From positions 167,338,001 to 167,402,000 of the forward strand of contig JBITNC010000001.1 in NCBI GenBank assembly GCA_050084985.1: a stretch of DNA of 64,000 bases, given 5' to 3'. This stretch comes from Nageia nagi. Taxonomy: Eukaryota; Plantae; Pinophyta. The notes beneath the pieces are model-generated. The model was given only the letters and a program-made list of their open reading frames with translations, ran no database searches and had not been told where the DNA came from. The position numbers and the translations under genes are program-made. Numbering within the stretch: position 1 is the first letter of the stretch; every line of letters starts with the position of its first letter. Of this stretch, positions 48,918-62,177 are shown one piece after another.

Positions 48918-51900
48918 TGATATGTAATCATAAAAAACCTATGGTTTACTTGGATCCTCAAATACAAATTTTACAAGACTTATTATCCTTTATAATATCA
49001 ATAATCCACTTATTCAATCTTAAATGTAATGATTATCCTATAATTACTCTTACAAAATAGTATTCATTTTACATTTAAGTAAATAAAATGAAGAACATAG
49101 AATTTATAACAAGTTCAAGAGCATTTTGATTTGATTCATTACATAAGAATATTACATTCAACCAAGTAGAGGTCATGTTTTACAACTCCCTAATTTGTAA
49201 TTCTTCCTATGAAACTAAAATCCACTTTCTATTATATAATCATGAAATATGGTTATTCTCTCTTTCACCTATCTTCTCTATAAATGGAAAATGCAAGAAG
49301 TTTTCTTTCAAAATTCTTTTAATCAAAACATATGCCTCTTGGACTTCTCATGCTTTATCAACTTCTTGAATTGGTTCCATAATGCCTAAAACCTATTCAA
49401 ATTCCCTTAGACATATGTCATGGTAAGTTACAATGGTTTAAGGTGAAGGTCAATGGTCATTGAACCTAAAATAATGATATCATGCATTAACTTACAATGC
49501 TAGACCAATTAACAATGTGCCACACCTTAACTAGTAATGCTAGACTAATTAATAGTGATGTTGCACCATAAATAGCAATATTAGACCAATTAACAATGAT
49601 ATAATAACTTAGCTAGCAATGTTATAATAATTAACAATGATGGCATGCCTTAACTAGTAATGCTAGACTAATAAATAATGATATCATGTCTTAACTTATA
49701 ATGTCAAACATTCAAGTCAATGATGTAAGCACCAAGGTTCCTAGATTCCAACAAGTACCTTCAACACTAAGTATCAAACCTTCAACATGCTAACATTAGC
49801 AATAAGGTTCATGAATGATATCATTGCATGAAATTAGCAACAAAGTTCTCAGACTACAATACACATGATATTAACAATAAGGTTCTTGGATATTGGTAAT
49901 GCATGATGTCAACAATAGATTTCCCAAACCACAACATGCATTACATTAGAAAAAAAGTTTTTAGATCATGAAAATGCATACAAAGAACCCAAAAAATCAT
50001 GATAATGCACATAAAGTATTCAACAATGCACATCAAGCACCCAACAAATATTCCTTAGACCTTGATAAGCAATTTTTAAATTATATTTTTCTAGACTTGA
50101 CAATTGTTTTCCTGGAATATGTTTTTTCTTGATGGTAATACATGATTTTATTCTTTATTAATCTAATTTTGGATCATGCCTCCCTAATGGGTAGGTATTT
50201 GGTCCCCAAATGTTTATAGGACATAGTAATGAGGAATAATAATTTCCCATGGAAATCCATATCATTATTGATCCCATGTTGGATGTGTTGAAATATTCCA
50301 AGCATTTAATGGAATAAATCCCTCAATAGGCATGTATAAGTGATGAGGTTATGCATTTTTTTTACTACCACTCATATTTCCCTTCATCTTGGTTTCTATT
50401 TCTTTCTATTACAAGGAATACTTCCATGGTGAGATACCTCATTTATGCTCATCTTGGTTTAGGTTTTTCTTTCAACAATATGATCATATTATGTTTGAAT
50501 TGATGGTTGTTTGTTTTCTTAATGTTTAATTATCATAAGTGTTAGTTTTATAGAAGCATTGGCAATATCCTTCATATTTATCACTATGAAAGAAAAAATT
50601 GTAATTTTTCTCACATGATACCTCACTACAATTTTACTACCTTTCTTAACAAAGTGATATTCATTCCTCTTTATATAATATATAACATCCTTATCAAACA
50701 ATTAAGGACTAACCTATACTATTCCAATAACATAAAAAGAGTATAATATCAAATTAAAAATCATAAATATAATCAATATTAATGGAAATTATAAGCTTGC
50801 ATTGGTGTGTGACTTTCATCTTTATCATTTTGCTCACCCACCCAAGTGGATAAGGATGTGAATGAGGATAATTCTTTATCTCCAACTTCTATACCAAGTT
50901 TTTTGAAATCAAACTCACTTGAGAATCCATATCAACAAGTGCATTGATATTGGTCTTCTTATATTGGATATTAATGAATAATAATTGCATTTTCTTCTCC
51001 TCTTCTTTACCTTTTGATGATGAGCCACTAAGTGCCATACAATCAAGTACTTCATCAATAATATGAAGAATATTCAACCTCATAAATATCTTGTTCCTCC
51101 AATGTTGGTACTACCTTGAGTGATAATTCTTCCTTGAGTGTATATAATTCCTTTTTCTTAGGTTTTCCTTGAACCATTTGGGTCTAAGTTATGGGTGTGT
51201 ATACCAATACTTATCTTCCTCATGCCCTATCTTCTTGTAGTTCAAGTAGTGAGTCTTATTTCCATTATTCTTCTTTGTTATTGCATTAACCTTGTCCTTA
51301 TCTAGTGACTTCTTATTATTGAAGTCTTTTTCCTAATTTTTGGTCTTTCCATAAGCCTCCAAGTGTTGTTCTTGAACATAAAATTGATCCAAATCTAAAG
51401 GATTATAATGAAAAATAGTATGGTGAATATAACTATGCAAACCCCTAATGTACTTCAATAAAGTCTTATGTCTTTTCAAGGAAATACCAATTAGTGCAAC
51501 CCTAGTTTTGAATTCAATTATGTATTCTTGGATACTTTTCCCTTTCTCTTATCTAAAATGAAACCACTCCATGGTTTGATTTTGTTTATGGCTAAGAGGA
51601 TAAAACTAGTTTTATAGAAGCTCCTTGAAAATATTCCAACTTGAAACACTAAATTCATCACCATTCTTGATGGCATCACAATATGCTTCCCACCAAACCA
51701 ACACATATTCTTCAAATTTGAGAGTAGCTACAAAAATATTATCATTATCATCCTTAATTTTTTGCACTCTAAAAAATACCTCCATTTTATTTAACCATTG
51801 ATTTAACTTTTTGACATGAATTTCACCTCCAAAAGATTTAAAGTCTAATTTTACGTCTAGTTTCAAAGGTAAATTTGGTGCTTGTTGTGATATATCTCCC

Positions 51901-52430
51901 AAATTTGATTCTTTTATTGCATTAATCATAATGGTATTTAACTCTTCCATTTTGGTGACCACATATCTAAGCATTTCTTATATGGTTCTAATCTTATTTT
52001 TTAACTCATCATTCTCCATGGCCATTTATTTCTATTGCCTCAACCAAATTCTAGAGTCAATATATAGGTATGTCTCCACCAAATCCCCTTCACTTCTTGA
52101 TATGGTCATAAATGTAAAATAACCAATACCATAACTTTGCATTAGATTGATATATGCCCAACAAAAATCTCAACCATCTCTGATACCACATGATTTGTAA
52201 TCACCATAAGCTTATGGATTACTCAAGTCCTCAAATATAAATTTTATAACACTTAATATCCTCTATATTATTAATATTACACACCTTTAATATTAAATGT
52301 AATGACTATCCTATAATTACTCTTAATAAATATTATTTAGTTTACATCAAAGTAAATACAATGAAGAATATAAAATATATAATAAGTTCAAGAGCATTTC
52401 GATTTTATGCAAGTGGAATAATGAATATGT
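48918..52430 (-). mobile_element. Non-autonomous gypsy-derived element with short LTRs and gag-protease only (TR-GAG-like)
   Basis: ~240-bp direct repeats at 48918-~49156 and 52191-~52430, PBS CTCTGATACCA at 52178-52188, gag ORF 51612-51974 (KSFGGEI..LNQWLNKMEVFF..LVWWE), knuckle remnant GHEEDKYW at ~51210, and protease ALVDMDSQVSLI. No RT/INT. Confidence 0.85.
49472..50060. repeat. ~41-bp tandem repeat (6 units, 49472-49710) followed by looser ~38-bp repeats
   Basis: Unit CAATGATGGCATGCCTTAACTAGTAATGCTAGACTAATTAA, followed by AATAAGGTTC..ATGCATGA units. Confidence 0.8.
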
Positions 52431-52599
52431 TATTTGTAATAGGCCTAATATTATTATATTTATCCAAACATTGATAAATATGGTGGGTTATCAAAACCCT
52501 TTTAATGTTTTATAAACTGCTTCCCTCTCTACCTACTTATTTAGAATGATAAACTTATATAAATAGATGAATAACTATGTGGGAATTATTCTTATAACA

Positions 52600-53335
52600 T
52601 AATTTGTAGCTTTTCTCATATGAGACATTACTACAAATTTACTACCTTAACAAAAATAAATTTATTCTTCTTTATATAATATATAATATATAACATCCCT
52701 ATCAAACAAATACAAACTACCCAACACTATTCTAGAAACATCAATAAGTAAAACATCAAATTCAACCTCATCAATATAATAAATATTAATGAAAATCCTC
52801 AACTTGCATTGGTATTTGACTTGCAACTTTGTATTTTTTCTTACCAACCCAAGTGGACAAGGATGTGAATGAGGATAATTCTTCATCCCCAACTTTTGCA
52901 CCAAGTATTTTAAAATCAAATTCACTTGAGAACTAGGAGCAATAAGTGCATCAATCATGGTCTTCTTAGATTTGACCTTGATTGAGAACAATAGCATTTT
53001 CTTCTCCTCTTCTTCACCTTTTTATGATGATCCAATAAGTACCATACAATCAAGTGCTTCATCAACATATGAAGAATATTCAATCTCATAAATATCTTAT
53101 TCCTCCAATGTTGGTGTTGTCTTGAGTGCTAATGCTTCTTTAAGCATAGATACTTCCTTTTTCATAAGTTTATCCTTAAACCATTTGGGTCTAAGTTATG
53201 GGTGTGTATATCAACACTTATCTTCATCATGCCATGTCTTGTTGTAGCTCAAGCACTAATTCTTTTTTTTTTCATCATTATTCTTTATTATTATATTAAC
53301 CTTGTCCTTATATTATGGTTTTATTGATATGTATT
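52600..53335 (-). pseudogene. Second gag-knuckle/protease fragment of the same family as 50600-51300
   Basis: ORF 52662-52997 IDALIAPSSQVNLI..YPHSHPCPLG..VLGSLYLFDRD, colinear with 50600-51300. Confidence 0.85.
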
Positions 53336-54559
53336 TTGGTACATATAGGTTTTTGGCCTAAATGAACTAAATATATATAAATATTTAAGTATGTAATATC
53401 TAAGTTAATTAACCTAAATAAAACATACATGAATAATAGGAAATAAAGAAATACTAGTATAATAGTAGAACTAGAGTTTTATTAATGTCAAGATACAAAA
53501 TGAAAGTACAAATTAAAGAGATGAAATCAAGTGTAAGATAATACATGTAATTCCTTACCTGTATCAAAATTGAATATATGCAGGATGAACTTATCAAAGA
53601 GAAATGACCTTGATGTGCAAATCCCATAGCCAAAAACATAAAGGATCTTAGCATGGGTGCTAGGTTCCAAGAGCTTAGCATGGTCATGCATCTCAACATA
53701 GGTGCTAGCATTTCAATAGTGTGAGATCTACCAACAAGGATCAATAATAGTATGTGTGTCGATAAGTTGAGCAAAGAATATGATCTTGAATATGGATGAT
53801 AGAGATTTACTTGACTGATAATAAGATTCCAATCTCAATAGATGATGTTTAGAAACACCCAAGAGTATGATACAAACTATCAAGATGTAATCTTGACATG
53901 CTTTCCCCATGTTAGATATACTTACATTTATATCATACATGATATCACCATTTCACCCCTTGTAAGAAGATTGAAGCTATCATGATGTACCTAACATAAA
54001 AAATAAGAACACAACTTAAGAAATATGTTATAATAAGTTAAAATGTGATAAAGTGTGATTTATCATGTATATAATGTTACATCTAAGCAATATATCATTA
54101 AGGGGACTACTTTTATGATTCAACATATGCCCCTCTTTTAAAGTATAATGAAATAAGGACTTTTGAAAAGAAATTATGGTTGCAAAGGAAGTAAAAGTTA
54201 AACAAAAGAAAAAATTGATACTTCCCTAGTTTAGTTCTAGAACTATCCAAATCATAAAGGAATGATGATGTATATTTCCTCCTCTTTTCCTTGGTTGTGA
54301 GATGTAATAGCTTACATGAAGTAGAATCAACCAAGAGAAAATAATAACCTAGAAATAAGAGAGATAAAAACACCAAAATCCAAGAATATATGTGATGTTT
54401 AACTCATAAAAGATATAACAATGATAATAAGAGTAAATCATCATAATATTTCTTCATAAATGTTATTGTAGTAATGAATAAAGGATGAAATTAATATAAT
54501 ATGCCTACATAGTATTGAGAAACCAAATATAGAAAATACCCAATGTTTCATTCGTAGAT

Positions 54560-55030
54560 GCATACATACCACATCATGATAATGATGTGTCCACATCATC
54601 ATGGGGTACATGCCAATTTCTAAATGAAACACATGCAATCAAAACCATATATGCCAACATCCTTACAAGGTACATGCCCCATTTATAGATGCAAGATATG
54701 AATGATAAATAACTAGCATGATGATGGTTGGTTTATATCCAACCAACAAAGGTGACTCCAATAGAAATGCCATACATCATTATGAGGTACATGCTCCATT
54801 CCTAGATGTAGATATGATATGTTGTCATCATCATGAGATATGAACCTCATTATTATATGTTATATAAAGGTGATGGTTAGTTTAGAAACAACCAAAAAAT
54901 ATGAATCAAAGAAATATTGTAGGTTAGTTTAGACCCAACAAAAAAATGTGACTCAAAGCAATGATGGAGGTTAGTTTATACACAACCAACAAAGGTGATT
55001 CAAAGATGATTGGTTTGTTTCATAATCATG
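54560..55030. repeat. Two interleaved short repeat families in the 3' region of the LTR element
   Basis: ACATCAT..GGTACATGC..ATT..TAGATG x3-4 and GGTT(A/G)GTTTA..CAACCAACAAAGGTGA x4. Confidence 0.75.
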
Positions 55031-56134
55031 CATGTGATAATAGTACTAATGATAATGCAAATTGTAGGGAAGGATAGAAATACTTCCTATATATTACCCC
55101 TTGTTCTAATTTGTTCTGAATTGGCCTGATTTATGCCTTTGTGTTCCAACATCTATGCTAGCTCCAATATTGACGCTAGCTTAGGAGTATTATATGTTGA
55201 TGTTATTACACTTACAATGTGTAGTCTACTTAATCTATCTAATAATGATATTTTGTGATAGAAGCTAATGAAGCATTGAATTTTATGATGAATGATTTTG
55301 ACCATATCATGAACATGTGGGAAATGCCCCATTCTATGACTAGATATTTGTTCTTTCCTATAAAGAATCTCATTCCCCAATATGTTTTAGTCCTATATTA
55401 GTTTTTAGGTCACATTGAGCTAGAGTTATTTTGGTGTTCAAGGTAAAGTGATAAATATAAAGTAAAGGTAATGCAAATGCTAATGATCAATAAGGATGCA
55501 AATGTAAGCATGAATGTTGGGGTTCTTAAGGAAAAAAGGTATCCAAATTTTTAGCTAATAGATTTGGTTTTTAAGAAATTAGAAAAGATCATGATTTAAG
55601 AGGTATGATGGCACAAGGTGATTAACATTTATTGGTTATATTTTAAAATGTATCCTATTTTTTATTTAAATAGGCCAAATTGGTGGTTTATTTTCATTTG
55701 CACTATGTGAATTTTGAGCTCTGGTCTAAGATAGCTAGTGTGCTTGTTTTGGTAAGATAGATGAATTCCTAGGAGGTTTGAGTGGTAAAATAAGTATTTT
55801 ATATGAGTGTATCAATATATTAGGTTGAAATGAAATAGATTGGCTAAAGTTCTAACCTAATTGGTTATGTAGTATGATGTTTATGGATCAAGATCTCTAC
55901 TCATGTGGTGAGAGCCTAAGACTCATATTTTATATGTATGCTCCTAATTTGGCAAGGGAAGGGAGAAAATTATAGAAATTGTTAGGATACCCTAGGTTAG
56001 GGTTAATGGGATAGGGATTCCATGATTTTGAGTTTAGAAGTGGATTTTGGATGTGAATTTATGTTTTTAGGCTATAGTGGGGTAAAGGTAATTTGCCCCT
56101 AAATTTTAAAAAAATTGGCCATAGGAAACCTAGC

Positions 56135-58090
56135 ATGAATGTTAGAGTTAGTGTTGGCACTAGCCTGGTAGATAGGTTATTAGGTGCATGAAGGATTGTA
56201 CAAGCTATCATGATATTAAGCTAACTGATGAGGAGCTAGGTGTGTTACAACATGTTGGTATGTGTTACCTATTGCATGGTCCCTATGTGTGTGTGGACAA
56301 GAAATTTTTCATAACCCTCATGGAGAGGTGGTTGTAAAAGACCAATACCTTCCATTTACCTAATGGAGAGATCACTATTGTCCCTGAGGATATTCATAAG
56401 ATCCTATGGATTCCTATGAAAGGGTGTCCCATATTTCTAGAGGAGAGCATGACCAATGCAAAATGTAAAGGTTTAGAGAAATGGTTGATAGGATTAGAAG
56501 AGTATCATGAAAGTAAGAAGGGTGCATACCTTCATCATGTTTTTAGAGGTAATATGAAGAGGTTTAGATGAGCACAATTGATTATGGCCTCATAAATTTA
56601 TATCATTGTATACCCAAATAGAAATCATGAGATATTCCCTCTTGGCTTAGTGCATATGGTTTGCTAGATGATGCAAGGTGTGAGGTATGCTTGGGATCCT
56701 TATATCATTGGCCATATGTATCATAACTTCATCATAGTATAAAAGAGAGAATACAAAATTACACACTCATTTGTATTGCAATGTTGAGCGTATGAGCACA
56801 TCTTAGTTATTAAACTAGGAGAACTTCTAGTTCATAGCACATTAACTAAGCACCCCTTATCGTATTCTTGGGAGAGGATAGGAAAGGTTACATGGTTCCA
56901 TAAGAGTGTGGAAGCATACCAAAAAGTGATAGATCGACTCATGGATGGTAAGTGGTTTACCAACCAAGTTTATTTGATATTGGTTAAGTGATTGAGCTAG
57001 AATCTAACACACAATTTTACTTTGTAGGAGAGTTTATCTATAGACCCTATGTTGGTTATGGCTAAATGAGCTAGGAGGTGAGTTGGATTGGTATAGGAAT
57101 CCTTATTATTTGTAAACAAGGAAGATATTTATGGAAACTTATAGGATTGAGAGGGTTCACAGATAATTTGGTATGATACAAGGAATTCCTTCAAAATGTA
57201 AGTTTGTGGTAAGGATGAGGAGGTATAGGGCACATGACCCTAACATGTTTGATACTCCACCCAAGTGGGTATAAGAGTGGAAGCCTCATTAGGATCATGG
57301 TTTAGGGAGAGAAATGGATGATGAGGATGTTGATTCACCTCATGGGACTTAATTTGACCAAGAATACCTATCATGGTGGGTTGGAGCAAGACCTAACCCC
57401 TTGGGACTATAAAGTTTAGAGAGGTTAGTAGAGGATATAGAGGGATAAGCTGAAGAAGAAGAGGAAGATGAAGAGAAGGAAGAAGGGGAAAAGTATAAGG
57501 ATGTACACATGGAAGATGTGGCCCATCATGAGGAAAAAGGTGGATGAAAGGAGGTTCCTAGTGGTATTCCCATCATTGAGACTTGACAACACCTCAAGAA
57601 TGAATTGAATAAGTGGTTTACTATTGTACCTACAAGTTAGTCCTTATAAAAGAAATATCATATAACTAACATGCATTCATTATTTTATTTTGTAGATCAA
57701 ACAAAATTGGACCTAGATTCTAAAAAGGTTGCAAGGTAACACATACTAGATTTGGAAATCTTAAAAGAGAAGGTGGCAACCAAGGATGGTGATGTAGAAG
57801 GGTTGAAGGTGAGGCTAGCAGCATTGAAAAAAGATGTGGAGATACTATAGAAGATACATGAGGATTATAAGGAAAAATAATTCCTAGGGATGATGAACCA
57901 TGTGTTGGAGCACAATAAGAAAATAGAAGACCTCACAAATGAAAAGGCTTACTTATAGACTCATCTTGTGGCATTGGAGGAGCAAATTGGGATAAGGATG
58001 CCTAGTTTGAGTAGGAAAACTTCTAGATACAAGAGTGTTAAGAGTGCTAGGAGTCACTATGGTACTACAAGTGATGTTAGAATAAGAAAA
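56135..58090 (+). pseudogene. Plant mobile domain (PMD, MAIN/MAIL1-like) gene remnant with acidic tract, putative intron and coiled-coil tail
   Basis: TLMERWL*KTNTFHLPNGEITIVPEDIHKILWIPMKG (56314-56430), YAWDPYIIGHMYH (56686), LQC*AYEHI (56776) and RVHR*FGMIQGIP (57150) match PMD motifs ERW..ET.TFH...GE.TITLEDV, YAWG...LA.LY, LQ.WAWE and RV.RQFG..Q.IP. Confidence 0.88.
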
Positions 58091-58328
58091 TAGTATTTTA
58101 GGTTGTTGGCTAGTTGTGAAGACACTATATCATCGTTTTTAATAATATTTTTGAGATATAATCTTATTTTGTTAAATATTGCATGTATAGGTGTATGATT
58201 TTAATTTTAGTTTTTATATGTTTTAAGTTGCAATAGAAAAGAATAGAATGAATGTTCAAATTTGATTATAATTTGTTATGTATGAGACAAAAGATATAAT
58301 GAACTATTAGTTACATTAATGGAGTGTG

Positions 58329-58332
<4 letters not shown>

Positions 58333-58388
<56 letters not shown>
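58333..58388. repeat. (CA)28 microsatellite
   Basis: Perfect CA run. Confidence 0.99.
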
Positions 58389-58392
<4 letters not shown>

Positions 58393-60257
58393 GGAACTAG
58401 CCTTTTTGAGGGATAAAGTCCTTAAGTTTTGGTTTAACTATTTATTATTATAGAAGGGGTTAAAATTTCATGAAATGCTTAGAGGAAACTAAAATGTTTG
58501 CAAGGTTGTACGTTTGTAAAAGTTTAGGCAAAAATGAAACTTATAGACAAAAATGAATTGATGAAAGAATGTCAAAGTGACTTCATTTAGAGCAACCTAA
58601 TGGTGTGTAGGTGATGGAAAAGTATGGACTATGCTAAAATATACCTAAGGAACTCAATGCAGATGTTGGCTTAACATATGAGAAATGGCTCTGGATATGA
58701 CCTTGTTATCTTGAATCTAGTTTCCTCCAAAAGTTTTGTACAAAAATAAGGCAAGATTTACAAAAAAATCATCAAGTATCTATGAAATAAAAGGTTTTCA
58801 AGAAGTACATGGCTTAGTTTTTCTTTGTAAAGTACATAAATACTTATCAGGGTATTAAAGGTTAACACTAAGGAGATGTGGGTGAACTCACAACACTAAT
58901 GGTTTTTGGTAATTATGAGGGAAGACTAGTGCATACACTAATATCAACATTAGCATTGGGTTACAAAGGAAGTAGGGAGTTTGTAGTTAATGACTAATGG
59001 ATGCCTTTAGTGTGGATGAAGTAATGGAAAGTGACAATGCATCCTAGCATAGATGCAAGGTTTTAAGGGATGTTTGATCACAAAAATAAAACAAAAACAC
59101 CTATGCTACTACATATGTAAGAGTAATTATAAATGATAAGAATAAGAATAATAATATTTACATTTTTGTCATATCAAGGTGATATTATCAATAAATTGTA
59201 TGCTTGTATTTGGCAATTTGGCTTTGATAAATTTGGGAAATTGATGATTGAATATTTCCATATTCATGTTATGGCCATGCTAAGGTCCTCATAATTACTT
59301 AGGCTTATCATATGATTTAGTATCTTTAGGTTCTAGAAAATATACTTTTTTATCAATAAAATCTCGGAATCCTGTTGAGTAGTGATATATAAATATATAT
59401 GATGTCATATGAAATAAAGAAATAGTAGTGCAATATAAGAACTAGATTTTTATTGATGTCAAGATACAAAACAAAAGCACACACTAAAGAGATGGAATCA
59501 AGTGTAAGATAACAAATGTATATACTTAGCTATGTCAAAGCTAAATAAATGTATCATGAACTTAATGAAGAGAAATTATCTTAATATATGAAACCCACAA
59601 CCAACATAAAAAAGGATCTTAGCATGGTGTGTTGGGTTCTAAGAGCTTAGCGTAAGCATACACCTTAGCATGGGTGCTAGCATTTAAGTAGAATGAGGTT
59701 TGTAAATAAGGATTGATAATAGCAAATATGTCAATAAGTTGAACCAATAATATGATTGAAAATATGGATGATAGATATTTGGTCAAGTGATAACAAGATT
59801 CCAATCTTAATAGGTGGTATTTAGAAACACCCAAGAGTAGGGTACCAACTATCAAGATGTAATTTTGACATGCTTTCCCTAGATTAGAGATACGTACATT
59901 TATATCAAGTGTGACATCACCATCAATGTTATGCATAGTGGAAAATATCCACCAATAGGCTAATATTAGGTTTTTTAATGTTTAAATATTTCAAAAATTC
60001 AAACCTTGGATATTGCACCATTTAGCCTAAATTTTTTCAAGATAAAATAATTATGGGTTGGCTCATCAATATTTTATAATTTTTTTATAAAGATAAGTGA
60101 AAATAGTCCCCTATATCTCCTATATTTTCATAAGCAATCACCTTGAAAATTAAAATAAAAAATATTTTTTTTGACAAAATTACCAATTATACCCTATATA
60201 TAAAGTTTATGAAATCGATTAGATATACCAATATTTCAAATTTTTAAGTTCTCTGAG

Positions 60258-60905
60258 ATGCTCATTTATGAGGGATTGTAGACACTTAGCTATGTGAGAT
60301 TGCATACATTCTTTTGTGTAATATTGTAGATGCTCATTAGTGTGATATTGCAGACACTCATCAATGTGGTATTATAGATGCTTGTTAGTGTTGTATTTTA
60401 GATGCTCATCAGTGTGGTATTGCAGATGCTCATCAATGTGGGATTGAAGATGCTCATTAGTGTGGGATTGAATATGCTCATTAGTGTGGGTTCTCATAAG
60501 TGTAGTTTTGAAGATGCTTGTTAGTGAGGGATTGTAGATGCATGTCAATGTGGGATTACAAATTCTCATCTATGCAACATTATAGATGCTCATCAGTATG
60601 GTATTACAGATGCTCATTACTATGGGCTTGAAGATGCTCATTAGTATGGGTTTGAATACAATCATTAGTGTGGGATTGAATATGCTTATTAATGTGGTTT
60701 TGAAGATGCTTGTTACTAAGGGATTGTAGATGCATGTTAGTGTGGGATTGTAGATGCTCATATGTGCAACATTGCAAATTCTCATCTATGTAATATTACA
60801 AGAGCTCTTCTATGCAACATTGTAGATACTTATCTATACAAAATTATAAATGCTCATATGTAGGGAATTTTTGATGCTTTCTCATGGGGAATTGCATACG
60901 CTCAT
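60258..60905. repeat. 24-bp minisatellite (~26 units)
   Basis: Consensus GATGCTCATTAGTGTGGGATTGTA. It produces the 8-aa repeats in ORFs 60372-60569 and 60570-60785. Confidence 0.92.
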
Positions 60906-61349
60906 CAAGTAGATTATTTCAAATTTAAGATGACCATCAATGATCACCTAAGAAATAAGAATTGTAAACACAAATAGTTATGCTATTTCAAACATTTAGA
61001 AGCTATTTTTTTTTAATTAAGGGATTACAAAATCTCATTTGTGAGGATTGCAAATGCTAATCTTTGAGGAATGGCACTTGCTAGAAAATTGAAGGGAAAG
61101 AAGCAAGACAATCTACCTACAAAAAAGAAAATTGGAAAATATTTCACATGCAAAAGTCAATTTTTTTACTATGACCTATACTATAATTTGTGAGGAACTT
61201 CTTAGATTTTTTAGTATGTGGATAGATTTGGATGTGGTTTTTTAATAATGTTACATAGAAATTGTATTTTACATTTGTTATGTTAGATTAAAATCTTGAT
61301 TGTTATTCTAATTTTTGTGATGCATGCATGCATCTTGAATCTTGATTAT

Positions 61350-61550
61350 TAACATAGATGATCATTGGTGTCTTGACACAAATGATCATCATCAATGTAT
61401 TAACACAAATGATCATTAGTGTCTTAACATAGATGATCATTTGTGTCAATACACTAAAAATTGTATATTTCAATACATTGATGATCATTTTTGTTAAGAC
61501 ACTGATGATCTTCTGTGTCAAGACATTGATGATTTTCTATGTTTGAACAC
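61350..61550. repeat. 24-bp minisatellite (~8 units)
   Basis: Consensus GATGATCATTTGTGTCAAGACACT. Confidence 0.88.
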
Positions 61551-61559
61551 TACATGCAA

Positions 61560-62045
61560 GTGCTATCATTCAAAGAAAATACTTGGCCAAACATTGAATG
61601 ATTACATTAATATTCTTTAAAAAAAATAAATTATCATTCTAATTGTTTGTTCAAATATGAAATGATTCAAAGAATCACCATTGTAAATCACCATTTCAAT
61701 AGTTATAAACTTTGAACATAGTTGCTAATGCTAAAGCTATCATTCAAAACACATACTTATGCAAACATTCAATGATTCGTAACATACTTTTTCATACTAA
61801 AAATACTTTTTTTCATGAGTCATGGGTATTACTTCTCATTTCAATTATTCAATGTATTATAATAATCATAAAAAACATACCATTTTAAATCACCATTTTA
61901 ATAGTTTGAAACTTTGAACATAGTTGCAAACACTATCATTCAAAACAAATATTTATGCAAAAATTCAATGATTCAAAACATACTTAAAATTTTTTTGCTT
62001 ATACTTACGCAAACATTCAATGTATAACAACAATTTTAATGATTC
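61560..62045. repeat. Degenerate ~175-195-bp tandem repeat (about 3 units)
   Basis: CTATCATTCAAA..TACTT..CAAACATT.AATGATT at ~61563, 61737 and 61932. Confidence 0.75.
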
Positions 62046-62177
62046 AAAAAAACCTTTCTTATATTATCAACAACACCACAACATCAAACAAGTACAACAA
62101 GTCTTTCTAAAATTAAGAACACTTTGTAAAAGTTCTTATAAAAAAAAGTTTCAAACATCTAAATTCCCACTTCATGT

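Larger units (their letters stand above)
53370..59922 (-). mobile_element. Pol-less LTR element (LARD-like, Tat/Ogre-like traits) carrying an antisense PMD gene
   Basis: Direct repeats ~53370-53950 and ~59385-59922 (paralogous ORFs 53728-53940 and 59619-59936), minus-strand PPT-like AGGGGTGAAA at 53951-53960, and tandem repeats at 54560-55030. No gag/pol recognised; PBS and TSD not resolved. Confidence 0.72.

Noticed and set aside
59933-60246. Possible MITE or CACTA end (CATAGTGGAAAATATC...ATATTTCAAA)
   Set aside because: Terminal inverted repeat and TSD could not be established.
60258-60905. CRISPR-like array or repeat-protein gene (HTNEHLQS repeats)
   Set aside because: Head-to-tail degenerate 24-mers without unique spacers, no cas genes, eukaryotic context. 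The ORFs arise from the in-frame period.
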